Shown: positions 9,567-19,288, numbered from the stretch's first letter. The stretch: 64,000 bases of DNA from an uncultured Chlorobiaceae bacterium (GCA_964596065.1 CAZQSM010000002.1:10361-74360); one strand, 5' to 3'. Notes: generated by a model from the letters alone, not told the origin. A program made the numbers and translations.

Positions 9567-10235
9567 GTGAGCGCGTACGTCATCGTCGACATCGACCTCC
9601 ACGCTCCCGGCGGCACCGGAACATGCGCGCTCCAGGCCGCTCCGACGGTGGCCGCGTTCGGAGGCCGGTGTCCCGCGGGCGGCGGACGGCGGAAGGTGCT
9701 TGAAGGGGAATGGAACCACCGGTGGCTGGTGATCCCCGAATTCGAAAGCATCGGGCGCGCGGAAGGGTGGCCCGAATCGGAGGAGTACCGGCCAGGCCGT
9801 ACGAAGTGCCACCGGACGGCGACGACGAATATGGTGGTGGTGGAAGGCATGCACCGACATCCACAATCGGGAGAAAGTGAAATTTCCCGTCAGTTTTTTA
9901 TATTCCATTCAACGACCGAGGGAACTCTCAACTCTGAACTCTGCATCGTCGATTGGCACCGCACATGGCTTCACCATCGCATTCGCCGTATCCGCCGCCC
10001 GGGACCCGTCCGGCGGCCGGAACCGCCCGGGATACCGCGCTCTTGGCAGGTGGAAGTCCGCGATGAAGCCAGCCCTCCTCGTCATCGACGTCCAACAAGG
10101 CCTCTGCCGGGGCGCGGAGGACTCCTTCGACACCACCGGGGTCATCGATCGGATCAACACCGTCGCGGACAGGGCCCGGGCCGCCGGTGCGCCTGTATTC
10201 TTCATCCAGCACGAAGGCCGGAACGGGTACCTTGA
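9567..10235 (+). pseudogene. DUF1330-domain gene whose frame does not terminate after the domain (possible stop-loss, frameshift or assembly error)
   Basis: GGAGG ribosome-binding site 7 nt upstream of GTG at 9567. The first approximately 96 codons read SAYVIVDIDLHAP..VLEGEWNHRWLVIPEFESIGRAEGWPESEEYRP..NMVVVEG, matching DUF1330 end to end. The frame then continues through an AT-richer promoter-like stretch and overlaps the next gene until a stop at 10235. Confidence 0.4.
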
Positions 10236-10596
10236 GTACGGCACCGACGAGTGGAAGCTGGCCCGCAGCCTCCGTTCCATGCCCTCCGACCTGTTCATCC
10301 GGAAGACGACCGCGGACGCGTTCCACTCGACACCGCTGGAGCGGATCCTCAGGGAACGTGGCGTCGATGAACTGGTCATCTGCGGGATGCATTCGGAGTT
10401 CTGCGTCGACACGACGACACGCCGGGCGCTGGCTCTCGGTTTCCCGGTCATCCTCGTTGCCGACGGGCATACAACGCAGGAGAAGGAACACCTATCGGCC
10501 GCCCAGATCATCCGGCACCAGAATGCCACACTGACGAACATCATCAGCTTCGGTCCGCGAGCCCGCGCCGTTTTCACCGCCGATGTGCATTTTTGA
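10063..10596 (+). CDS. isochorismatase-family cysteine hydrolase
   Basis: ALLVIDVQQG ... VDELVICGMHSEFCVDTTTRRALALGFPVILVADG gives the catalytic Asp/Lys/Cys arrangement of the isochorismatase family. Confidence 0.7.
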   Translation: MKPALLVIDVQQGLCRGAEDSFDTTGVIDRINTVADRARAAGAPVFFIQHEGRNGYLEYGTDEWKLARSLRSMPSDLFIRKTTADAFHSTPLERILRERGVDELVICGMHSEFCVDTTTRRALALGFPVILVADGHTTQEKEHLSAAQIIRHQNATLTNIISFGPRARAVFTADVHF

Positions 10597-10601
10597 ACAT
10601 C

Positions 10602-11272
10602 ATGGTGACTTTGCTTGAAACGATCGGGGGACGAGACTCATTCCGATTCGGCGGATGGTCCCGGAGGGGGGCCCCCGGATCCTGAAGATGATGGAATGCG
10701 AATACCCTACCGGCGGCATGAATGACCGGATGGCGCTGGCGATGATGAAAGCGGCAGAAGCCGCCGTCGGCCTGCGCCCCGGGGGCTCGGTGGTCGAGTA
10801 CACCGGCGGAAGTATCGGGGTGTCCCTCGCCTCCGTCCGCGCCGCGAAGGGGATCCCGGTCCGAATCGTCACCCCGACACCGGCGAGCGGGAAAAAACGC
10901 CACCACATGGCGGCCCTCGGGGCGCGTCTTACTGCGATCGTCAGCAAGGCGGGAGGGACCACCAAGACCCTCACGCTGGAAATGATCGAGACCGCGAGAA
11001 CACTCGCGACCGTACCGGGATCCTGCTGGATGGACCAGCTGACGAATCCCGATCCGATTCCGGCGTATGAGCGGATGGCCGACGAGTCGTGGGATCAGGC
11101 CGGCGCGAACATCGCGATGGCGCGTCGGCTGGCGAGACGCCTCGGTCCCGGGCGCACCGTGGTCACCATCGTGATCGATTCGGGAATGAAGTACCTCAGC
11201 ACAGCGTTGTATTCGCGACCCGACGATGCGACGGAAGCCCGCTCCCTCACAGCCCCGGAGGCGTCCCGATGA
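10602..11272 (+). pseudogene. degraded cysteine-synthase-like (PLP fold type II) gene
   Basis: ATG at 10602 encodes MVTLLETIGG (cysteine synthase N-terminus) and stops after 27 codons. The +2 frame from 10655 continues with PRILKM..PTGGMNDR..VVEYTGGSIGVSLA..KGIPVRIVTP.. and the C-terminal VVTIVIDSGMKYLST. An internal block of roughly 100 aa (glycine loop GTGGT) is absent, the conserved Ser/Thr of SGNTG is Gly, and the length is 205 aa versus about 300. Confidence 0.4.
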
Positions 11273-12744
11273 CCGCGAAGAGCGAACAGCAGGGGGTGAT
11301 CCTGGTGACGGGGGCTACCGGTTACATCGGCGGGCTGCTGGTGCCGCGCCTGCTGAACAACGGACTCCGCGTCCGCTGCCTGGCGCGAAATCCGGACGGG
11401 CTCGGGGCGCGCCCGTGGCGCGGCGAGGTCGAAGTCGCGAGGGGCGACGTCCTCGACCCGGGAGGCCTCTCCGCGGCGATGCGGGGTGTGGAGGCCGCAT
11501 TCTATCTCGTACACAGCCTGGGCGGCGGCTCCGATTTTCACGAGCGTGACCTCGCTGCGGCGAAAAACTTCGGCAACGCCGCCCGCGACGCCGGCGTCTC
11601 GAGGATCGTCTACCTCGGGGGACTCGCGAGCGACTCCCCCGAACTCTCGGAGCACCTCCGCTCGCGCAGGCAGACCGGCGACGCGCTCCGCCAGGCGGGC
11701 GTCCCGGTGACCGAATTCCGCGCGGGTGTGATCGTCGGTCCCGGGAGCATCTCCTTCGAGATGATCCGGTACCTGACGGAACGGGTCCCGGTGATGATCT
11801 GTCCCCGCTGGGTGTATACCCGCACACAGCCGGTCGGCATAGGCGAAGTCCTGGAGTACCTGGCGGCATCCATCGGCGTCCCTGAAAGCGCCGGACGCAT
11901 CATCGAAATCGGCGGCTCGGAGGTCGTGACATACGGCGAGATGATGACGACGTACGCCGAGGCGCGGGGTCTGACGCGGTTGATGATCGCCGTTCCGGTC
12001 CTGACGCCGCGCCTTTCGTCCTATTGGGTGAACCTGGTCACCCCAATCCCCGGCGTCATCGCCCGGCCGCTGATCGAGGGTTTGCGGAACGAAAACATCG
12101 TCCGGGACCGGAGTGCGCTTCAGCTGTTCCCCGGGATTCAGCCCGTCAGCTATCGCGCGTCGGTCGAACGGGCGCTTGCCGGGCTGCGGGTGATCGACGG
12201 GGAGTTCTCGCCGGATGAACGGACGGGACCCGGGGGAATCGCCGACACGGCCGTCGTCTCGCTGCAGCGGCAGGGAATGATCATCGAACATCGCAGGTTG
12301 TCCGTCCCGGCGTCGCCGGGGCGGGTCTACGCGGAGCTCTCGGGGTTGGGCGGGAAACGGGGGTGGCTCTACATGGACTGGGCGTGGGAGGCCCGCGGTT
12401 TCGTCGACCGCCTGGTCGGCGGAGTCGGACTGCGGCGGGGACGCCGCGACCCTGACGAACTGCGGGTGGGGGACACCCTCGACTTCTGGCGCGTGGAGGC
12501 CGCGGAGCCGGGCCGGATGCTTCGATTGCGGGCCGAGATGAAACTTCCCGGAGAGGCCTGGCTGCAATTCAGGGTGACCCAGCGCGATGGTCTCCCCGCG
12601 ACGCTCTGCCAAACCGCCTTCTTCGCGCCGAAGGGATTGATGGGGGTGCTCTATTGGTATCTCCTCTATCCGTTCCATCACCTCATTTTCGGCGGGCTGA
12701 TCGACCGGATCGGCCGGCGCGCCGCGGGCGGGAAGGGGGGGTAG
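11269..12744 (+). CDS. NAD-dependent epimerase/dehydratase-family (SDR) protein with C-terminal DUF2867
   Basis: ILVTGATGYIGGLLVPRL Rossmann motif and YxxxK-type region. The C-terminal half matches the DUF2867 region. Start ATG overlaps the upstream stop (ATGA). Confidence 0.7.
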   Translation: MTAKSEQQGVILVTGATGYIGGLLVPRLLNNGLRVRCLARNPDGLGARPWRGEVEVARGDVLDPGGLSAAMRGVEAAFYLVHSLGGGSDFHERDLAAAKNFGNAARDAGVSRIVYLGGLASDSPELSEHLRSRRQTGDALRQAGVPVTEFRAGVIVGPGSISFEMIRYLTERVPVMICPRWVYTRTQPVGIGEVLEYLAASIGVPESAGRIIEIGGSEVVTYGEMMTTYAEARGLTRLMIAVPVLTPRLSSYWVNLVTPIPGVIARPLIEGLRNENIVRDRSALQLFPGIQPVSYRASVERALAGLRVIDGEFSPDERTGPGGIADTAVVSLQRQGMIIEHRRLSVPASPGRVYAELSGLGGKRGWLYMDWAWEARGFVDRLVGGVGLRRGRRDPDELRVGDTLDFWRVEAAEPGRMLRLRAEMKLPGEAWLQFRVTQRDGLPATLCQTAFFAPKGLMGVLYWYLLYPFHHLIFGGLIDRIGRRAAGGKGG

Positions 12745-12876
12745 GATGAACAGGCGACAGTTCGCGCCCAGGCGGTTGATGGCCCACGGCCCCCCGACCG
12801 TGCGACGTTCGACCCCGGGATCGCCCGGGCAGACCGCACGATTCATTCCCAAGGTTCAATTCAATCACGACCCCTC

Positions 12877-15054
12877 ATGACCCGCACAATACTCGCCTCG
12901 TTCATCCTTCTTCTCTTCTGTTCCCCCGGCGCCCGCGCCCAATCCCCGGCGCCGCCCGACAGCCTGTACGACATCCGGGACAGCGTGCTCATCCCCACGC
13001 GGGACGGGCGCTCCATTTCCGCGACCATTGTCACGAAGAAAGGGGAGCGGGAACCGCGGCCCGCGATTCTCTTCTTCACGACATACGACGAAGGGGCCCG
13101 TGATTCCTTCTTCGGGAAAATCACCGCCGACCGCGGGTACGCGGGAATCGTCGCGTACGCCCGCGGGATCCGGACCAACCTGGACGATTACGTCCCATAC
13201 CTGCGCGACGGCGACGACGCGTATGACGTGATCGACTGGGCGAGCAGGCAGCCATGGTGCGACGGCAGGGTGGGGATGTTCGGGGGAAGCTATACCGGCT
13301 TCGCGCAGTGGTCGACGGCGCGCGATGTCCACCCCGCGTTGAAAACGATCGTCCCGCAGGCCGCGGTGATGCCGGGATTCGACACCCCCATCGAAAACAA
13401 CGTCCCGCAGGGCTTTACCCTCGGCTGGGCGGTCGACATCCTGAAGTATCCGCGACCCGCCGCCGACCTCCAGTGGCGGTGGTATGAGCGGGGGAGCTCC
13501 TACCGCTCGCTCGACTCGCTCGCCGGGCAACCGAACCGGATCTTCCAGGAGTGGCTCAGGCACCCCTCCTACGACGCGTACTGGAGTTCCCTGGCGCCGA
13601 CGCCCGGGGAGTACGAGCGCATCGGCATCCCGATCCTCTGCACCACCGGATATTTCGACGGCGCCCAGCTCGGCGCCCTGCAGTACGTCAAGCAATACTA
13701 CCGGCACAATCCGCAACCGAATCTCTACCTGGTGATCGGGCCCTACGACCACCGGGGGGCCCAGCGGGGGATGCCGTCAGACACGACCGGCGGTTACGCG
13801 ATCGATCCGGTCGCGAAGGTCAGCATGAGGGGCCTGGCGCTCGACTGGTTCGATCATATCCTCAAGGGGAGGGAAAAGCCCGCGATCCTGAAGGACCGGA
13901 TCAACTACCAGGTGATGGGGTCGAACGAGTGGAGGCACGTATCCACCCCCGCCGACATCAGCAACGACACGCTGACGTTCCACCTGAGCGACGCCCGCGC
14001 GGGGGGCGTGTACCTCCTTGCCGCCGCGGGCCCGCCCGCGGGGGGATGGGTCGACCAGTCCGTGGATTTCACCAGGCGCGACGACCAGAACAATTATTTC
14101 ACGCCGTTCATCATCAACGATTCGCTCGACCCGAGCAACGGGCTGGTCTTCGCGACCGAACCCTTCCCCGGGCCGGTCACCGTCAACGGGGGATTTTTCG
14201 GAAACCTCGCCGCGTCGATCAACAAGAAGGACATGGACGTGTCGATCGCCTTCTACGAGCGGACGCCCGACGGAAAATATTTTTACCTCACGAGGTACCT
14301 CGGCCGGGCGAGTTACGCGAAGGACCCGTCGCGAAGGCAGCTCCTGGCCCCCGGGGAGGTCGAGCGGATCCCCGTGCGGGAGACGAGGATGGTGTCGAGG
14401 CGCTTCAGCCGGGGAAGCAGGCTGGTGTGCGTCCTGAACGTCAATAAACACCCGTTCGAGGAGATCAATTACGGGACGGGAAAGGACGTGCACGACGAGA
14501 CCATCGCCGACGCGGGAGCGCCCCTCCGGGTCAGGTGGCTGAACGAGAGCTACCTGAAGGTCCCGGTGTTCTGGGACACGGTGGAGTTCGCGCCGACGAC
14601 CATCTTCATCGTCCGGCACGCCGAAAAGGCCGCCCGGCCCGCGGGGGATCCGCCGTTGCTGGAGGCGGGGGAGAAACGCGCGTCTGACCTGGCGCGGCTG
14701 CTCGGCAGGGCCGGGATCCGGGCCATTTACGCGTCGCAGTACCTCCGCGCGCGGCAGACCGCCGAACCGCTCTCGAAACAGTCGGGCATCCCGATCACCG
14801 TGGTGCCGGTCACGATGAGCCCGATGAATCCGCGCGAACTCTCCCGCGAGTCGATCGACGAGCTGGTGGGGCGCATCCGGCGGCACCCCGGCGAAACCGC
14901 CCTCATCGTCGGGCACAGCAACACGGTGCCCGGGATCATCCGGGCGCTCGGCGGCGACCCCGTGCCCGCCATCGAGGACGCTGACTACGATAATCTCTAT
15001 ATTGTGACGACCGTCGGACGGGGAACGGCGAAGGTCGCGCGGCTGTCGTTCTGA
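12877..15054 (+). CDS. secreted CocE/NonD-family (S15 X-Pro dipeptidyl-peptidase-like) hydrolase fused to a C-terminal histidine-phosphatase (SixA/PGM branch) domain
   Basis: Signal peptide MTRTILASFILLLFCSPGARA. Nucleophile elbow GMFGGSYTG with CocE/NonD architecture over about 550 aa. The last about 170 aa carry IFIVRHAEKA ... LIVGHSNTV (histidine phosphatase RHG/H motifs). Confidence 0.65.
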   Translation: MTRTILASFILLLFCSPGARAQSPAPPDSLYDIRDSVLIPTRDGRSISATIVTKKGEREPRPAILFFTTYDEGARDSFFGKITADRGYAGIVAYARGIRTNLDDYVPYLRDGDDAYDVIDWASRQPWCDGRVGMFGGSYTGFAQWSTARDVHPALKTIVPQAAVMPGFDTPIENNVPQGFTLGWAVDILKYPRPAADLQWRWYERGSSYRSLDSLAGQPNRIFQEWLRHPSYDAYWSSLAPTPGEYERIGIPILCTTGYFDGAQLGALQYVKQYYRHNPQPNLYLVIGPYDHRGAQRGMPSDTTGGYAIDPVAKVSMRGLALDWFDHILKGREKPAILKDRINYQVMGSNEWRHVSTPADISNDTLTFHLSDARAGGVYLLAAAGPPAGGWVDQSVDFTRRDDQNNYFTPFIINDSLDPSNGLVFATEPFPGPVTVNGGFFGNLAASINKKDMDVSIAFYERTPDGKYFYLTRYLGRASYAKDPSRRQLLAPGEVERIPVRETRMVSRRFSRGSRLVCVLNVNKHPFEEINYGTGKDVHDETIADAGAPLRVRWLNESYLKVPVFWDTVEFAPTTIFIVRHAEKAARPAGDPPLLEAGEKRASDLARLLGRAGIRAIYASQYLRARQTAEPLSKQSGIPITVVPVTMSPMNPRELSRESIDELVGRIRRHPGETALIVGHSNTVPGIIRALGGDPVPAIEDADYDNLYIVTTVGRGTAKVARLSF

Positions 15055-15108
15055 CGTTTCCGCCCCGCGCAACCGTCGGACGGTCATCATCACATCGAAG
15101 GGGTGCAC

Positions 15109-16473
15109 ATGAGCGAAGTCGTCACACCGTGGGAAACCATCGGGGAATTGATCGCGGCCGGCAACAGGGTCGCGTTGACGGAGTTCATCGAGTCGTTGAG
15201 TCCGTCCGAGACCGCGAGGGCCATCTCGCGCCTCAACCAGGAGGAGCACCTCGGCCTGCTCCGGATGCTGAGCCCGGAGGACGCGGCGGAGATGATCGAG
15301 GACATCCCGGACGCACAGGCGGCCGACCTGGTCGAGGAGATGACGTCGGAACAGGCGGCGGCGATCATGGAGGAGATGCCGAGCGACCACCTCGTCGACG
15401 TCCTGGGGGAGATGGACGAGGACGCCAGCGAGGCGATCCTCGAGAAAATGGACCGGGAGGACGCAGAAGAAGCCCGGATGCTGCTCGATTACGAGCCGGA
15501 CTGCGCCGGCGGTCTGATGATCCCGGAGTTCCTCTCGTACAGGGACGACCAGACCATCCAGGACGTGCTCGACGACCTGCAGGCCAACAGGAGCCTGTAC
15601 GCCGACTACCTGATCCAGTATTTCTACGTCGTGGACCGGGAGGGGAAACTGACGGGTGTCCTGCGCCTGCAGGACCTCCTGTTTCCCCCGCGAGACACCC
15701 GGCTCTCCCGGATCACGGTCCCCGCGCCCTCTCGCGTGAAGGACACCGCCACGATGCGGGAGCTCGAGGATTTTTTCGACGAACATCCGCTCCTCGGGGC
15801 GCCGGTGGTGACCGGGGAGGGGAAGCTCGTCGGGGTCGTCCTCCCGGGCGCCGTCGAGGCGGCGGTGAACAGGGGAAAGACCAGCAGCCTGCTGCGCCTG
15901 GGCGGCATCATCGGGGGGGAGGAATTCCGGAGCATGCCGCTGGCCTCCCGTTCCGGCCGCCGCCTCTCCTGGCTGAGCATGAACATCGGCCTCAACATCA
16001 TCGCGGCCAGCGTCATCGCCCTCTACCAGGACACGCTCGCCGCCGCGATCACGCTGGCGGTGTTCCTGCCGATGGTCAGCGACATGAGCGGATGTTCGGG
16101 GAACCAGGCGGTGGCCGTTTCGATGCGCGAGCTCTCCCTCGGGCTGGTGAAGCCCGGCGATCTTTTCTGGGTGCTCCGGAAGGAGGCCACGGTCGGGATC
16201 ATCAACGGACTGGTGCTGGGCCTGCTGCTGGCGGGGGTGGCCTTCTTCTGGAAGGGCAACCCCTGGCTCGGGGCCGTCGTCGGCGGGGCGCTCGCGGCGA
16301 ACACGCTCGTCTCGGTCACGCTCGGGGGCATGCTCCCGCTGATGCTCAGGAAACTGAAGCTCGATCCCGCGCTGGTCTCCAGCCCGCTCCTGACCACTGT
16401 CACCGACATGTGCGGATTCTTCTTCGTGCTGAGTTTCGCCTCGGCCGTGCTGGGCAACCTGGGAGGGATCTGA
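15109..16473 (+). CDS. mgtE: magnesium transporter MgtE
   Basis: MgtE_N acidic helical region, CBS pair and the five-TM MgtE channel domain (PMVSDMSGCSGNQA, GFFFVLSFA). RBS GAAGGGG upstream. Confidence 0.8.
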   Translation: MSEVVTPWETIGELIAAGNRVALTEFIESLSPSETARAISRLNQEEHLGLLRMLSPEDAAEMIEDIPDAQAADLVEEMTSEQAAAIMEEMPSDHLVDVLGEMDEDASEAILEKMDREDAEEARMLLDYEPDCAGGLMIPEFLSYRDDQTIQDVLDDLQANRSLYADYLIQYFYVVDREGKLTGVLRLQDLLFPPRDTRLSRITVPAPSRVKDTATMRELEDFFDEHPLLGAPVVTGEGKLVGVVLPGAVEAAVNRGKTSSLLRLGGIIGGEEFRSMPLASRSGRRLSWLSMNIGLNIIAASVIALYQDTLAAAITLAVFLPMVSDMSGCSGNQAVAVSMRELSLGLVKPGDLFWVLRKEATVGIINGLVLGLLLAGVAFFWKGNPWLGAVVGGALAANTLVSVTLGGMLPLMLRKLKLDPALVSSPLLTTVTDMCGFFFVLSFASAVLGNLGGI

Positions 16474-16476
16474 CCG

Positions 16477-17241
16477 GTGACCAGAACGCTCGTGAACATC
16501 CTCGCGATCGGCGCGATCGGCTACGTCGGACTCTGCGCGGCGCTCTATCTGTTTCAGCGTTCCCTCATCTACTTTCCACGGCCCGCCCCGGACGCGGTCG
16601 CCGGATCCAGGATCAGTATCCCGTCGGGCGGGGAAACCGTGATGGTGAGCGTCCGGCCGGCCGGCGGTCCCGACGCGCTGATCTACTTCGGGGGGAACGC
16701 GGAGGAGGTTTCCGGCAATCTATCCACGTTTTCCGCCGCGTTCCCCCGCCACGCGGTGTATTTGCTCCACTACCGGGGATTCGGGGGGAGTTCCGGCAGC
16801 CCGTCGGAGGAGGGGATCTTCGAGGACGCCCTCGCGCTCTTCGACCTCGTGCACGCCGAACATCCCCGGATCGTGCTGATCGGTCGCAGCCTCGGATCGG
16901 GCGTCGCCGTGCGCCTGGCGAGCGTCCGGCCGGCGGCGCGCGTCGTCCTGGTGACCGCGTACGATAGCCTTCAGGAAGTGGCCGCGGGCATCTACCCGTT
17001 CTTCCCGGTGCGGTGGCTCCTGAAGGACAGGTATGAATCGTGGCGGTACGCTGCGAAGGTGACCGCGCCGACGCTCGTCATCGCCGCCGGGCACGACGAG
17101 GTGATCCCCCGGGAGAGCACCGAGCGACTCATGACGCATTTCGCCCCGGGCGTGGCGTCGTTCCGGGTCCTCCCCGGGACGGGCCACAATACGATCGGGA
17201 ACAGCCCGGAATACCTTCCGCTGCTCAGGGGGGTCGAGTGA
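16477..17241 (+). CDS. alpha/beta hydrolase (membrane-anchored)
   Basis: GTG start; N-terminal TM helix; nucleophile elbow GRSLGSG plus downstream Asp/His (HDEVIP, GTGHN). Confidence 0.65.
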   Translation: MTRTLVNILAIGAIGYVGLCAALYLFQRSLIYFPRPAPDAVAGSRISIPSGGETVMVSVRPAGGPDALIYFGGNAEEVSGNLSTFSAAFPRHAVYLLHYRGFGGSSGSPSEEGIFEDALALFDLVHAEHPRIVLIGRSLGSGVAVRLASVRPAARVVLVTAYDSLQEVAAGIYPFFPVRWLLKDRYESWRYAAKVTAPTLVIAAGHDEVIPRESTERLMTHFAPGVASFRVLPGTGHNTIGNSPEYLPLLRGVE

Positions 17242-17328
17242 TGAAATGATTTTTTTCCCCGGCAACAGGAGGGGGGTGCAAGTGACCCGCCGGCTCATTA
17301 TATTCCCGGATCAACGATGGAGGAAATC

Positions 17329-18093
17329 ATGAAATCCCTGTTCCCCGCCCTCGCACTCCTGGCGATAACGGCGTTGACGTCCTTCCGGGCAGTCGCGCAG
17401 GATGACGGCGCCGCCGCCGTCACCGTCGTCGAAGGGGCCTCCGGCGCGGCGGACGGCCTCGACCTGAAGGCCGTCGGCGCACTCTTCAGGGAATCGAAGG
17501 ACCTCGAGGCCTTCGAACGATCCCTGAACGATCCGGAAACCGGCGTCAACAACCTCGACCTCGACGGGAACGGCGAAACCGATTTCATCCGCGTGGTGGA
17601 GGAGGTCGCCGACGACACGCACGTCATCATCCTGCAGGTGCCGCTGGGGAAGGACGAGTTCCAGGACGTCGCGACGATCGAAGTCGAGAAGTCGGGCGAC
17701 GAATCGTACAACCTGCAGGTCCGCGGCAACGAGGTCGTCTACGGCCCCGATTACTACGTCGTACCCGCGGACGCGCACATTCACGCCTGGCCCGTCATCG
17801 CGTGGATCTACAGGCCCCTCCACCGTCCCTACCGCTCGGTGGTCCGTTTCAACGTCTATCCGCGGTGGTGGAGGCCCCATCCCGTGGTGTCGGTGAAAGC
17901 GTACCGCGTCCGGACCGGCAGGCTCGCCGTCGGGACGTTTTCCGTGGCCAAGGCCACCCGTGTCAGGAGCGTCACGCGGGTCAGGTACAATCCCCGCACG
18001 TCGACGCTGGTCAGGAAAACCACGGTGACGGGGCCGAGGGGGGGGAAGAAAACGGACGTCACCCGGACGAAGGTCAGGAAGCGTAAGAACTGA
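17329..18093 (+). CDS. secreted hypothetical protein with acidic N-domain and highly basic Arg/Lys/Thr-rich C-terminal tail
   Basis: GGAGG ribosome-binding site 6 nt before ATG 17329; signal peptide MKSLFPALALLAITALTSFRAVAQ; C-terminal approximately 70 aa are RVR/TRV/KRK-rich. Confidence 0.5.
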   Translation: MKSLFPALALLAITALTSFRAVAQDDGAAAVTVVEGASGAADGLDLKAVGALFRESKDLEAFERSLNDPETGVNNLDLDGNGETDFIRVVEEVADDTHVIILQVPLGKDEFQDVATIEVEKSGDESYNLQVRGNEVVYGPDYYVVPADAHIHAWPVIAWIYRPLHRPYRSVVRFNVYPRWWRPHPVVSVKAYRVRTGRLAVGTFSVAKATRVRSVTRVRYNPRTSTLVRKTTVTGPRGGKKTDVTRTKVRKRKN

Positions 18094-18094
18094 C

Positions 18095-19288
18095 GTGGAA
18101 GGCGCACCAGCCGGCGGACCTCCCAGGGTCGCGTCGATCGACCTGATCCGGGGGGCGGTGATGGTCCTGATGGCGATCGACCACGTGAGGGTGTTCGCGG
18201 GCGTCCCCGCCGGCGGAGAGACGTTCGGGCTCTTCTTCACCCGGTGGGTCACGCATTTCTGCGCCCCGGCGTTCGTCTTCCTCGCAGGAACGAGCGCGTT
18301 CTTCCACGGCCGCCGGCACCCCGGCCTTCCGAAATTCCTCCTCACGCGCGGGGCCTGGCTCGTCATCCTCGAGCTGACCGTCCTGCGGGTCGCCTGGACA
18401 TTCAATTTCGAATTCGCGCGCTACGAGATGGCGGGCGTCATCTGGGCGATCGGGTGGTGCATGATCATCCTGGCGGGAGCGGCGAAGCTGCCGGCGGGCG
18501 GCCTCGGCCTCGCGGGGATCCTCATCATCGCCGGGCACAACCTCTCCGACCCTTCCTTCGATGCGCTGGCCGGGTCACTCGGCAATGACGCCGGTTCCGC
18601 GCTCTGGAAAATGCTGTACGTCGGATTCTGGGCGGGGCCGATCTCGTTCGGCCCCGAAGGACCGAACCTGGTCGTGCTCTATTCCATCGTCCCCTGGATC
18701 GGCGTGATGGCGGCGGGGTACGGCTTCGGAACGGTGCTCGCGGCGGAACCGGGCCGGCGCGACCGGCTCTGCCTGGCGATCGGTCTGGGGGCCGTCGCCG
18801 CGTTCCTGGTGCTGCGCGGGTCCAACGTCTACGGGGATCCGCGGCCCTGGGTCGCCCCGTCGGGAGAGGGCGGGATGCCGGCGCTTTTTTCCTTCCTCAA
18901 CACGACGAAATATCCGGCGTCGCTCTCGTTCCTGCTGATGACGCTCGGGCCCGCCATCGCGCTGATGCCGCTCGCGGAACGGGCGCGAGGCCCGCTCGCC
19001 GGCGGGATGGCGCTCTTCGGCCGCGTCCCGTTTTTTTTCTACGTGCTCCACCTCCCGCTCATCCACGCCGCGGCGATCGGGGTCTCGTTCCTTGCCTCCG
19101 GATCGGTGGACGGCTGGCTTTTCGCCGACCACCCGATGGGCAGCCCCCCCGCCCCGGAAGGTTACGCCTGGTCGCTGGGGACGCTCTACATCGTCTGGGC
19201 CGCAGTGATCGGCATCCTCTACGGCGCGTGCCGCTGGTTCGCGGGGGTCAAATCCCGGCGGACGGAGTGGTGGCTTAAATATCTATGA
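18095..19288 (+). CDS. DUF1624 / heparan-alpha-glucosaminide N-acetyltransferase-like membrane protein
   Basis: GTG start; IDLIRGAVMVLMAIDHVR catalytic-His motif of the DUF1624 family; about 10 TM helices. Confidence 0.6.
   Translation: MEGAPAGGPPRVASIDLIRGAVMVLMAIDHVRVFAGVPAGGETFGLFFTRWVTHFCAPAFVFLAGTSAFFHGRRHPGLPKFLLTRGAWLVILELTVLRVAWTFNFEFARYEMAGVIWAIGWCMIILAGAAKLPAGGLGLAGILIIAGHNLSDPSFDALAGSLGNDAGSALWKMLYVGFWAGPISFGPEGPNLVVLYSIVPWIGVMAAGYGFGTVLAAEPGRRDRLCLAIGLGAVAAFLVLRGSNVYGDPRPWVAPSGEGGMPALFSFLNTTKYPASLSFLLMTLGPAIALMPLAERARGPLAGGMALFGRVPFFFYVLHLPLIHAAAIGVSFLASGSVDGWLFADHPMGSPPAPEGYAWSLGTLYIVWAAVIGILYGACRWFAGVKSRRTEWWLKYL

Noticed and set aside
6679-9850. Very long minus-strand ORFs (545 aa and 438 aa) antisense to the O-methyltransferase, hemerythrin and cupin genes. 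Similar antisense ORFs occur at 21036-23771, 36574-38211, 43243-45441, 47530-49611 and 61329-63224.
   Set aside because: Their translations are R/P/G-rich with no motifs, and they lie opposite genes with strong domain signatures. This is a typical stop-codon-poor antisense-frame artefact of 70% GC DNA.
15129-16967. 612-aa + strand ORF in an alternative frame across mgtE and the alpha/beta hydrolase.
   Set aside because: It is a low-complexity Arg/Gly/Pro frame overlapping two genes that have clear MgtE and hydrolase motifs.
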